Below, piece after piece: positions 1 to 6,850 of a stretch of DNA of 64,000 bases (its first letter is position 1; each line of letters begins with the position of its first letter). The stretch spans positions 16,264 through 80,263 of IMG/VR virus record IMGVR_UViG_3300025646_000024. One strand, 5' to 3'. Position numbers and translations under genes: made by a program. The DNA is from a virus. Under the pieces are notes generated by a model, which had not been told where the DNA came from, ran no database searches, and saw only the letters and a list, made by a program, of their open reading frames with translations.

Positions 1-39
1 TATCTTTGCAATCTATTTTATCTACAAATGGCTTAACAA

Positions 40-672
40 ATGAAAAGTATTCGCTTCATTGGTGATGTTCATGGTAAATGGAAACAATACAAGAAGATCA
101 TCAGTGAATGTGATACTTCTATTCAGGTGGGTGATTTTGGAGTGGGCTTTATTAGTAAAATCACTGAGGCAGTTCACTCCAATCCACCATATGATTCCAT
201 GAAAAAAGGTGATCATCGCTTTATTCGTGGAAATCATGATAATCCAAATGTATGTAAGAAGCATCCATTCTGGATACCAGATGGTACAATAATTCATGAT
301 AAGATCTTCTGTGTTGGTGGTGCAAAGTCTATTGACAAATCATACCGAACAGAAGGTTATGATTGGTGGGCTGATGAAGAGCTAGCATACTCAAAATTAT
401 TAAAGATGTATGATGAGTATGAAAAACTCAAGCCATCAGTGATCGTAGCACATGAAATGCCAGAAAGCCTGACATACATAGTCTGTGCAAAGTGTAATAT
501 GACAAAACTTAACGATGTGTCTGTCACTCGTTTGTTTTTTGATAATATATTAGAGTTACACAAACCAGACCTCTTTATTCATGGGCATTGGCATGTCAAT
601 CACCATACCATGCACAATGGTGTTGAGTATATTGGTCTGGATGAATTAAATTACGTGGACCTGGAATTATGA
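40..672 (+). CDS. Calcineurin-like metallophosphoesterase
   Basis: Motifs GDVHG, GDFG, GNHD, HGHWH in the canonical order. Confidence 0.85.
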   Translation: MKSIRFIGDVHGKWKQYKKIISECDTSIQVGDFGVGFISKITEAVHSNPPYDSMKKGDHRFIRGNHDNPNVCKKHPFWIPDGTIIHDKIFCVGGAKSIDKSYRTEGYDWWADEELAYSKLLKMYDEYEKLKPSVIVAHEMPESLTYIVCAKCNMTKLNDVSVTRLFFDNILELHKPDLFIHGHWHVNHHTMHNGVEYIGLDELNYVDLEL

Positions 673-824
673 ACGATGAAGACTGGACTAACCTTAGCAA
701 CATGCACAAGGAGTTGACAAAAAACCATTTAGCAGCCTATGATACAGCATATCTTGAGAAGTACGCTGAGCTTCTTGCGAAATCACTTGAAGGGAAAGGA
801 GACCCACATCATGACGGAGACTGA
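669..824 (+). CDS. Small hypothetical protein, 51 aa (MNDEDWTNLSNMHKELTK...SLEGKGDPHHDGD); not in ORF track
   Basis: Manual translation; ATGA overlap with the upstream stop codon. Confidence 0.65.
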   Translation: MNDEDWTNLSNMHKELTKNHLAAYDTAYLEKYAELLAKSLEGKGDPHHDGD

Positions 825-1032
825 TTATTCAATTTATCTCTCACATACAAATGCTATGGAGAGAATGGATAAGTTCAATCAGCGTGCAGTGAAGGCTAAG
901 ACCTACAAAACAATGCACAAGAACTTTAGAATTGCTGATGCTCTTTATGCAGAGTATCGTGAACTGATCGAAGAAGATCAAACCTATGTTACACTTTGTC
1001 TAGATCACCTTGAGGGTATTATCAATGATTGA
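811..1032 (+). CDS. Hypothetical protein (start revised from 739 to ATG 811)
   Basis: AAGGAG upstream; fits behind ORF 669-824. Confidence 0.6.
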   Translation: MTETDYSIYLSHTNAMERMDKFNQRAVKAKTYKTMHKNFRIADALYAEYRELIEEDQTYVTLCLDHLEGIIND

Positions 1033-1210
1033 AACCACTACATTCCCAGTTGAAGTTAATGCTATTGCAGCTGTTGCTGGACTAGCTGGAGCACTTGTTG
1101 TGATTCTTTACGCATTCACACGGAACCATCAGTATGAAATGCGGAAACGTATGCGGAGCATCAGGAAGGCTAATGAGTCAGAGGTTGACATGCCCCCGCA
1201 AATCGGTTAA
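1025..1210 (+). CDS. Small membrane protein (single TM helix, basic tail)
   Basis: Hydrophobic AIAAVAGLAGALVVILYAF; ATG overlaps upstream gene end. Confidence 0.6.
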   Translation: MIETTTFPVEVNAIAAVAGLAGALVVILYAFTRNHQYEMRKRMRSIRKANESEVDMPPQIG

Positions 1211-1213
1211 TCT
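1160..1213 (+). promoter_or_regulatory. ATCAG-N5-CTAAT box plus sigma70-like promoter
   Basis: Box 1160-1174; TTGACA 1185-1190, 17 bp spacer, TAATCT 1208-1213. Confidence 0.6.
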
Positions 1214-1239
1214 ACTGGGGTAGTCAAGGGAACCAACCC

Positions 1240-1491
1240 ATGAACGACATCATCACACTCACGCCAGTCAAGCCCAGAACTCGTGAGGTGTATCATTACA
1301 CCACCAGCCGCTGGGATTGGCAAGATGGTAATGTAAACCAGATGTGGATTGAGCAAGTGGATGAAGACCAATACGTTGCCATCGCCCACAATCCAGCAAA
1401 AGGTGCTAGTATGGTGATGTCGAACCCCAGAGGCTATCATGATACGCTACAATGGGTTCGACAGTTCTGTGGTTCCTTCTGCATTCTCTGA
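1240..1491 (+). CDS. Hypothetical phage protein
   Basis: ORF immediately downstream of a promoter. Confidence 0.7.
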   Translation: MNDIITLTPVKPRTREVYHYTTSRWDWQDGNVNQMWIEQVDEDQYVAIAHNPAKGASMVMSNPRGYHDTLQWVRQFCGSFCIL

Positions 1492-1493
1492 TC

Positions 1494-1655
1494 ATGAAAA
1501 ACTACAAAGTTGTTGTAAAAACCTATGATGGTCTGTGTACTATCTGGTATGAAAAGTCTAAAGCAAAGTCTGCAACAGATTTGATTTGCCGTCGTGTGCA
1601 TGAACAACTCTGTGGACTTAACATCAAGCAAATTGAAGTTTCTCTCTCGGTATGA
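1494..1655 (+). CDS. Small hypothetical protein (start revised to ATG 1494)
   Basis: Tightly packed after upstream stop. Confidence 0.6.
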   Translation: MKNYKVVVKTYDGLCTIWYEKSKAKSATDLICRRVHEQLCGLNIKQIEVSLSV

Positions 1656-1828
1656 AACCCTATCCACTTGGTATTGATAATCCGTACAGGATTATGCAAG
1701 AAATTGGTTCTACTAAATGGTCTATTTACAGACTAGAACCATTCCAAAAAGTAGCAACATTCAAGTCACAATTCGATGCCTATGATGCTCGCAGGGCTCT
1801 ACTCAAAGTAGAAGGTTACAATGCATGA
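1652..1828 (+). CDS. Small hypothetical protein, 58 aa (MKPYPLGIDNPY...); not in ORF track
   Basis: Manual translation; ATGA overlaps at both ends. Confidence 0.65.
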   Translation: MKPYPLGIDNPYRIMQEIGSTKWSIYRLEPFQKVATFKSQFDAYDARRALLKVEGYNA

Positions 1829-1962
1829 CTGCTAAGTATATCATTACAGGCATGATTGGCGTTATTCTAATCATTGCCTGGAATGTGTTTCTAATTCATA
1901 GAGATACAGAAATGTTCAAGTCCTATTACTATCCAAATTACCAACAAAATGAACTTCACTGA
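1825..1962 (+). CDS. Small membrane protein, 45 aa (MTAKYIITGMIGVILIIAWNVFLIHRD...); not in ORF track
   Basis: Manual translation; N-terminal TM segment. Confidence 0.6.
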   Translation: MTAKYIITGMIGVILIIAWNVFLIHRDTEMFKSYYYPNYQQNELH

Positions 1963-2218
1963 TCTAAACTTTCAACCACATCCACATTACAAAGATGGTG
2001 TGCAAGCTAAGTACTTTTTCTCTAATGGGTATGGTGTATCTGTAGTCAGGTTTCCTGGTTCCTATGGTTTCCAAAATGATCTGTATGAAGTAGCCATCCT
2101 GAAAGGTACAGAAGATAAATATGATCTAGTTTATGATACACCAATCACTGATGATGTATTAGGTCATCGTGATGAACAAGACATTAACAACATTCTAGAG
2201 GAAGTAGCAGCACTATGA
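1949..2218 (+). CDS. Hypothetical phage protein (FSNGYGVSVV...GSYG...LYEVAIL)
   Basis: ORF; motif recalled from a widespread phage family of unknown function. Confidence 0.75.
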   Translation: MNFTDLNFQPHPHYKDGVQAKYFFSNGYGVSVVRFPGSYGFQNDLYEVAILKGTEDKYDLVYDTPITDDVLGHRDEQDINNILEEVAAL

Positions 2219-2291
2219 GTAACAAACCTTACAACAAGCAACCAAAGCCCAAAACTGTAAAGATCTTCGGTACCTATCATACCTATATTAA

Positions 2292-2348
2292 GCCAGTTAA
2301 GTCACTGGCACAATAACCATACACCAGGGGCTGCAAAGCCCCTATACT
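2292..2348 (+). promoter_or_regulatory. GCCAGT-N6-ACTGGC palindrome + GC hairpin + -10 TATACT
   Basis: Palindrome 2292-2309; hairpin AGGGGCT-GCAA-AGCCCCT 2326-2343; TATACT 2343-2348. Confidence 0.6.
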
Positions 2349-2376
2349 AGTTTCAGTTCCATCGCAACCACCTCCA

Positions 2377-2826
2377 ATGGGTACTCGCTCCAGAATCGGC
2401 ATCGAACTCAAGAACCGCTCTGTGGTTTCTGTGTATTGTCATTATGATGGCTACCCTGAGCACAATGGTAAGATTCTCCAGAATCTGTATACTACCAGAG
2501 AGCAAGTCATCAATCTAATTGATGGTGGCAGTATGTCATCTTTGCATACGTCACATGTATGGGAAACCAAAGCCATGCGGAATGAATCAAATGAAATCAT
2601 CACTGATTCCGCAGGTAATTGGATGTATGAACCCACCAGACCTGAACAACCACTGTATCATACAGAGCGAGGTGAAGAACTAAATGTAGAACACACCAGC
2701 AAAAAGGAATTCCTGTCTGGTAATTCTGGAGAAGAGTATGCTTATCTCTTCACCCTAGATAATCAATGGAAATGCTATAAGATTGGCTGGGGTGATACCA
2801 ACACTCAAGAGATTCCTCTATCATGA
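2377..2826 (+). CDS. Hypothetical phage protein (MGTRSRIG...YCHYDGYP family)
   Basis: Recognisable N-terminal motif recalled from cyanophage early regions. Confidence 0.8.
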   Translation: MGTRSRIGIELKNRSVVSVYCHYDGYPEHNGKILQNLYTTREQVINLIDGGSMSSLHTSHVWETKAMRNESNEIITDSAGNWMYEPTRPEQPLYHTERGEELNVEHTSKKEFLSGNSGEEYAYLFTLDNQWKCYKIGWGDTNTQEIPLS

Positions 2827-2969
2827 ACATTCCAAACTGGCAACACCATTCTAATAAACCAAAAACCACTAAAGGACAATCAAAAGCCAAACTCAAAGCA
2901 CGTAGACAATCACTGAACCACCTCAAAGCCAAGTATTTACAACAGAAAAACACCACTTTCTCACATTAA
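2823..2969 (+). CDS. Small basic protein, 48 aa (MNIPNWQHHSNKPK...); not in ORF track
   Basis: Manual translation; ATGA overlap. Confidence 0.6.
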   Translation: MNIPNWQHHSNKPKTTKGQSKAKLKARRQSLNHLKAKYLQQKNTTFSH

Positions 2970-3018
2970 AATTATACTCTATACTAAATACATCATGTTC
3001 CATCGTTTCTTTCAAAAA

Positions 3019-3357
3019 ATGCGTACTTTCAGACAATTCCTAGAAGAAGCAAAGAAGAAGAAGCCACTATATTCCGAAAAGCAAATCATGAAAGCCCTAA
3101 ACAAACAAGGTGGAATTGGTGGTAAAGCAGTAGAAAAGTATAATCAACAGAATCCAGATAGAGGACCAAGAGAGTATAAACTAGGTGAAGATATTCAACA
3201 GAGACAACAACAACTTAATACAACACAGAGAGAAAGACTACAAGCAGAAAGAGAAAGAGTAGCAAAGTATAAAGCAAAGAGACAAGCAGATGTAGAGAGA
3301 GAAGATGAACAAGATGAAATTATTAAACGAATAGAAATCATTAACAAAAATAAGTAG
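3019..3357 (+). CDS. Late protein with capsid-targeting-like N-terminus (MRTFRQFLEE), coiled-coil
   Basis: CTAAATA late-promoter-like motif at 2984-2990; N-terminus resembles T4 internal-protein CTS MKTYQEFIAE. Confidence 0.6.
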   Translation: MRTFRQFLEEAKKKKPLYSEKQIMKALNKQGGIGGKAVEKYNQQNPDRGPREYKLGEDIQQRQQQLNTTQRERLQAERERVAKYKAKRQADVEREDEQDEIIKRIEIINKNK

Positions 3358-3364
3358 AGTATAG

Positions 3365-3420
3365 TATTAGTTTTCCACAGGTAGAGTATAAATTGTGGAA
3401 AAACCTGTGGAAAACTAATA
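3365..3420. repeat. 18-bp perfect inverted repeat containing three TTTTCCACA DnaA-type boxes
   Basis: TATTAGTTTTCCACAGGT 3365-3382 / ACCTGTGGAAAACTAATA 3403-3420; boxes at 3371-3379(+), 3394-3402(-), 3406-3414(-). Confidence 0.8.
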
Positions 3421-3490
3421 GATTAAAAATATGTTAAAAAATATGTATGAGAGAGATAGAATTATTAAGTATATGTGATAGAAAGAAAGG

Positions 3491-3642
3491 ATTATTAACC
3501 TTATACTGTATGCCTCCGAGAATTATTAACTGTATACTGTATGCCTCCGAGTGTGTCAAGTAAATTATTAACCTTATACTGTATGCCTCCGAGTGTGTCA
3601 AGTAAATTATTAACCTTATACTGTATGCCTCCGAGTGTGTCA
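3491..3642. repeat. Tandem repeat, ~42-bp unit x4 (first and last partial)
   Basis: ATTATTAACCTTATACTGTATGCCTCCGAG(TGTGTCAAGTAA) at 3491, 3522, 3564, 3606. Confidence 0.95.
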
Positions 3643-3687
3643 GAGAAAGTATCTGAAATGTTCGGAGGTGTAGCAGTCTTGGCCCGC

Positions 3688-3716
3688 AGTATATCACATC
3701 ACGCCGAATTTGTCAA
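3688..3716 (-). promoter_or_regulatory. Leftward sigma70-like promoter
   Basis: Minus strand TTGACA-17 bp-TATACT. Confidence 0.7.
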
Positions 3717-3812
3717 GCCCCCCAGCCCAAAAAACCCATAAGGACTCCAAATCATTCCGAGGCCACCAATAAGTATTACTAATATAAGCATTCCAAATCC
3801 CTCCGAGTCCAT

Positions 3813-3868
3813 TCATTAGCATTACTAATCACAGACCCCTTGACATACCACCCAGGATCAGGTATATT
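3813..3868 (+). promoter_or_regulatory. ATTAG-N5-CTAAT box + sigma70-like promoter
   Basis: Box 3813-3831; TTGACA 3840-3845, 17 bp, TATATT 3863-3868. Confidence 0.75.
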
Positions 3869-3895
3869 ACATATGTCACTGAGACACCCCAACCC

Positions 3896-4090
3896 ATGAA
3901 CTACCCAGACGTGGTACAATTCTTCAGCCCATCCATGAAACAAGATGAGATGATTGAAGTATTAACAGAAGAACTTTATAGTAATAACTACAAACTAATG
4001 GAAATGATTATTGAGGAATATGTAACCTCTATGGATAGTGAACAGTTGACTCATTTAGAATGTTTTATCAATAACAACCTGACTGATTAG
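3896..4090 (+). CDS. Small acidic hypothetical protein
   Basis: ORF directly after promoter. Confidence 0.7.
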   Translation: MNYPDVVQFFSPSMKQDEMIEVLTEELYSNNYKLMEMIIEEYVTSMDSEQLTHLECFINNNLTD

Positions 4091-4140
4091 TAACACTTAT
4101 GGCTCAGGGGGTTGACTCCAGCCCCAATTCAGGCCATACT
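4084..4140 (+). promoter_or_regulatory. ATTAG-N5-CTTAT box + hairpin-embedded promoter
   Basis: Box 4084-4102; TTGACT 4112-4117, 17 bp, CATACT 4135-4140. Confidence 0.7.
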
Positions 4141-4163
4141 TGAATCGTTCACCACCTGAACCC

Positions 4164-4439
4164 ATGAAACTCACCACCGAGCAAACTCAAGACCTGCTGA
4201 CTGCACATTGCTATCGAGTTATTGATAACATGGATGCAGATGATTTGTTTAGCTATGCTATGCAACTCATGATGCAATCTTTTGACAAGAATCCTGGCCA
4301 AGGTGATACAGATGTTGAAGGATTGATTTCTGACATCTGGATTGCAGAAGATGAGGATGATGATAGTGCTCAAGAGTTTATTGCTGGTGTTCTAGGTAAT
4401 GAACTCGCAGAGGAGATTGTAAAGACTACTCAATTCTAA
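4164..4439 (+). CDS. Acidic hypothetical protein A1 (paralogue of 5327-5599)
   Basis: Start revised to ATG 4164; clear similarity to A2 (AHCYRVI..M..DDL.SYA.Q.M..SF.KNPG.GD.DVE). Confidence 0.8.
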   Translation: MKLTTEQTQDLLTAHCYRVIDNMDADDLFSYAMQLMMQSFDKNPGQGDTDVEGLISDIWIAEDEDDDSAQEFIAGVLGNELAEEIVKTTQF

Positions 4440-4448
4440 TTATTAACA

Positions 4449-4577
4449 ATGGAAACTAGCTTCGATTTCCCTGAACTAGAGACTGAATGGCAGGATGACA
4501 TGTTAATTCCTGCAGATGATGACTATGAAAGTGAACAACACTTTCAGCAGTTTATTAACTCCAACACTGATTATTGA
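4449..4577 (+). CDS. Small acidic protein B1, 42 aa (paralogue of 5603-5737); not in ORF track
   Basis: METSFDFPELETEWQDDMLIPADDD...QFINSNTDY; conserved in duplicate. Confidence 0.75.
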   Translation: METSFDFPELETEWQDDMLIPADDDYESEQHFQQFINSNTDY

Positions 4578-4582
4578 TTATT

Positions 4583-4723
4583 ATGTCTAAAGCACTTCTG
4601 GTTTCAATGCTTCGCAAAGGTCAAACTGGCAATGAGATTCTCACGATTCTTAACATGCTCGCCAGTGAAGATGAAGACATTAGTAATACTAATGAACCAA
4701 CTCTAGATGAGATTGAGTTCTGA
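4583..4723 (+). CDS. Small protein C1, 46 aa (paralogue of 5743-5871); not in ORF track
   Basis: MSKALLVSMLRKGQTGNEILTIL...EIEF; conserved in duplicate. Confidence 0.75.
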   Translation: MSKALLVSMLRKGQTGNEILTILNMLASEDEDISNTNEPTLDEIEF

Positions 4724-4777
4724 TTAGTATTACTAATCATTCAGGGGGTTGACAAGACCCTGAAAATCGGTTAAGTT
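4721..4777 (+). promoter_or_regulatory. Perfect palindrome TGATTAGTATTACTAATCA + promoter
   Basis: Box 4721-4739; TTGACA 4749-4754, 17 bp, TAAGTT 4772-4777. Confidence 0.8.
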
Positions 4778-4804
4778 ACCTTTGTTCACTTCTGAACCAC
4801 TCCA

Positions 4805-4987
4805 ATGGCTCTGATTCTCGACACCAGCAATCAGTACAACTCTGTTGCAAACCATGACTACAAAATGACATGGTGTGCATCTTGGGTTGACCATTATAAT
4901 TTCCTTGCAGGTATTAGCTTTAATACTGAAGCTGAAACTGCAATGTATAAAGAAGAGATGATGGAATATCTCTGCTATGATGTCTGA
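4805..4987 (+). CDS. Small hypothetical protein
   Basis: ORF between two promoter cassettes. Confidence 0.7.
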   Translation: MALILDTSNQYNSVANHDYKMTWCASWVDHYNFLAGISFNTEAETAMYKEEMMEYLCYDV

Positions 4988-5041
4988 TTAGTATTACTAA
5001 TCAATCGGGGGGTTGACACCTCAACCCCCACCTGCTACATT
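4985..5041 (+). promoter_or_regulatory. Perfect palindrome + hairpin-embedded promoter
   Basis: Box 4985-5003; TTGACA 5013-5018, 17 bp, TACATT 5036-5041. Confidence 0.8.
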
Positions 5042-5063
5042 ATCAATGTTCACTACTGAACCC

Positions 5064-5249
5064 ATGACCAACACTTTTGACCGTGATTCGCTGATTGAAA
5101 CCTATGTTCAGCAGCTTATTGATGGTATGGACATGAAGACTATGGAGCGTATGGTTTATGATACCTTGATTGACAATCTTTCTTCCTATTCTGATGAAGA
5201 ACTGATTACAGAGGTTGAAGAATACAATCCCGAACTGTTGGAGGATTGA
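5064..5249 (+). CDS. Small acidic protein, distant paralogue of the A1/A2 N-terminus
   Basis: Start revised to ATG 5064; LIETYVQQLIDGMDM resembles LLTAHCYRVIDNMDA. Confidence 0.75.
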   Translation: MTNTFDRDSLIETYVQQLIDGMDMKTMERMVYDTLIDNLSSYSDEELITEVEEYNPELLED

Positions 5250-5303
5250 TCAGCATTACTAATCAATCGGGGGGTTGACAGGGATCAATCCCCATGCCAT
5301 ACT
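5247..5303 (+). promoter_or_regulatory. ATCAG-N5-CTAAT box + hairpin-embedded promoter
   Basis: Box 5247-5265; TTGACA 5275-5280, 17 bp, CATACT 5298-5303. Confidence 0.8.
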
Positions 5304-5326
5304 TACATCGTTCACCACACAAGGCC

Positions 5327-5599
5327 ATGAACCTCACTTCTGAACAGGTCAAAGATCTCTGTCAGGCACATTGTTATCGTGTCATTGAACAAATGAACCA
5401 CGATGATTTAATTAGCTATGCTGTACAGATGATGTACATGTCATTTGAAAAGAATCCTGGTGATGGTGACATTGATGTTGAAATGTTGGTTTCTGACATC
5501 TATGTTGCTGAAGATGAAGATGATGATTCTGTGTATGAATTTGTTTCTGGCACAGTAGGTGAAGAGATTGCTGAACAAGTTATTAACTATCAATTCTGA
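5327..5599 (+). CDS. Acidic hypothetical protein A2
   Basis: Start revised to ATG 5327; paralogue of A1. Confidence 0.8.
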   Translation: MNLTSEQVKDLCQAHCYRVIEQMNHDDLISYAVQMMYMSFEKNPGDGDIDVEMLVSDIYVAEDEDDDSVYEFVSGTVGEEIAEQVINYQF

Positions 5600-5602
5600 A
5601 TC

Positions 5603-5737
5603 ATGGACACTTATGATTTCGCTGAACTTGAGGCTGAAGTATTTGACTGGCAGGATGATATGTTGATTCCTGCCGATGATGATGCTGAAGCTGACAAACA
5701 TTTCAGCCAGTTTATTAACTCCAACACTGATTATTGA
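5603..5737 (+). CDS. Small acidic protein B2, 44 aa; not in ORF track
   Basis: MDTYDFAELEAEVFDWQDDMLIPADDD...QFINSNTDY. Confidence 0.75.
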   Translation: MDTYDFAELEAEVFDWQDDMLIPADDDAEADKHFSQFINSNTDY

Positions 5738-5742
5738 TTATT

Positions 5743-5871
5743 ATGTCTACAGAAGTTCTGATTTCGATGCTTCGCAAGGGAAAGAATGGTGAGCAAATTC
5801 TCACTATTCTCGACATGATTACTGGTGAGGATGATACTGCAGAGCCCACATCTGAAGAGATTGAGTTCTGA
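5743..5871 (+). CDS. Small protein C2, 42 aa; not in ORF track
   Basis: MSTEVLISMLRKGKNGEQILTIL...EIEF. Confidence 0.75.
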   Translation: MSTEVLISMLRKGKNGEQILTILDMITGEDDTAEPTSEEIEF

Positions 5872-5925
5872 TTAGTATTACTAATCATTCAAGGGGTTGA
5901 CAAACTCAGCCCCATCCTGTAAATT
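5869..5925 (+). promoter_or_regulatory. Perfect palindrome + hairpin-embedded promoter
   Basis: Box 5869-5887; TTGACA 5897-5902, 17 bp, TAAATT 5920-5925. Confidence 0.8.
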
Positions 5926-5952
5926 ATTAACCGTACACCTGCTGAACACATC

Positions 5953-6216
5953 ATGGCAACTGCAATCGCTCCTGTACATCGTCAGTTTACTAAAGAGCAA
6001 TCTAGTGCTATTCATTCTATTACTATCCCTGGTGATAGTAATGATGTTTTTATTAACTATCATAGCAATGCAGATAAAGTTTACAACTTCACTGCATCAG
6101 ATAGTTACATTGAATTCCTAAGTGATCTTCTCACTAATGATGAGATCCTGAAGAATGTTAGCATTGGTTCTACTATTGCTGATGGGCGACGGACTGAAGA
6201 ACTGAAGTCTGTCTGA
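5953..6216 (+). CDS. Hypothetical protein, possibly KTSC-like
   Basis: SSAIHSI...VFINYHSNADKVYNF pattern resembles the KTSC domain. Confidence 0.6.
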   Translation: MATAIAPVHRQFTKEQSSAIHSITIPGDSNDVFINYHSNADKVYNFTASDSYIEFLSDLLTNDEILKNVSIGSTIADGRRTEELKSV

Positions 6217-6226
6217 TAGAATCTAT

Positions 6227-6249
6227 GGGGGGTGAGATTCCCCCCTTTT
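6227..6249 (+). terminator. Intrinsic terminator
   Basis: GGGGGG-TGAGATT-CCCCCC-TTTT. Confidence 0.65.
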
Positions 6250-6339
6250 CATTACATTATTACAGATTGTGACAGCTGAACTCATTGCAGCCCTGATCAT
6301 GCTTAAACTGTTGAACACAGCCCATCGCAAACTCTCACA

Positions 6340-6531
6340 ATGGATCCGATGATTTCTGTTCAGCCTATCAGCAAAAAGGCCAAAAACAGGTTCGCTAATC
6401 TAATGGAATCTTGCGAGCATTGTATTGTTGAACAACACAAAGGAGATAAAGTCTTTCTGCGTAGTCTAAATGGCAGAAACTTCTTCTGGGTTAATGTACA
6501 CCACGATCAGGATTGGCTGTTGGAGATGTAA
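6340..6531 (+). CDS. Hypothetical protein (VQPISKKAKNRFANLM...)
   Basis: ORF downstream of a TAAACT -10 at 6304. Confidence 0.75.
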   Translation: MDPMISVQPISKKAKNRFANLMESCEHCIVEQHKGDKVFLRSLNGRNFFWVNVHHDQDWLLEM

Positions 6532-6610
6532 TTATTTCGGATTGTGAACATGGGGGCATCCAAGCCCCCAGCCATGCTGTAGGATTGATGAGTCAACCGC
6601 AAACGACACC

Positions 6611-6775
6611 GTGACCAGCCAAAACCCCTACGTTCAGCAGCTGCAAGCCCAGGGCAAGGAGCCCAGCAAGGCTGCTGCCCCTAAGCGGACCTTCCCTTGC
6701 ACCATCGGTGCTCGGACCTTCCACACCGAGGAGCAGTATCAGGAAGCCCTGCACGAGTTTCTGAACGGGTACTGA
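6611..6775 (+). CDS. Small hypothetical protein, 54 aa, GTG start; not in ORF track
   Basis: Manual translation (MTSQNPYVQQLQAQGKEP...FLNGY); -10 TAGGAT at 6580. Confidence 0.65.
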   Translation: MTSQNPYVQQLQAQGKEPSKAAAPKRTFPCTIGARTFHTEEQYQEALHEFLNGY

Positions 6776-6850
6776 TAAGCAACGCTAATCAGTCGGGGGC
6801 TCCACGAGCCCCCACCAGCTGCTAGACTTTTCTCAGTTCACACCCAAGCC

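Noticed and set aside
3491-3642. CRISPR array
   Set aside because: Units are head-to-tail with no unique spacers; no cas genes in the window
3434-3741. ORFs 3434-3697(-) and 3541-3741(+)
   Set aside because: Open only because the 42-bp repeat is a multiple of three; no coding context
4084-6830. Integron attC cassette array
   Set aside because: No integrase, no attC RYYYAAC/GTTRRRY ends; fixed spacing to -35/-10 favours transcription-factor sites
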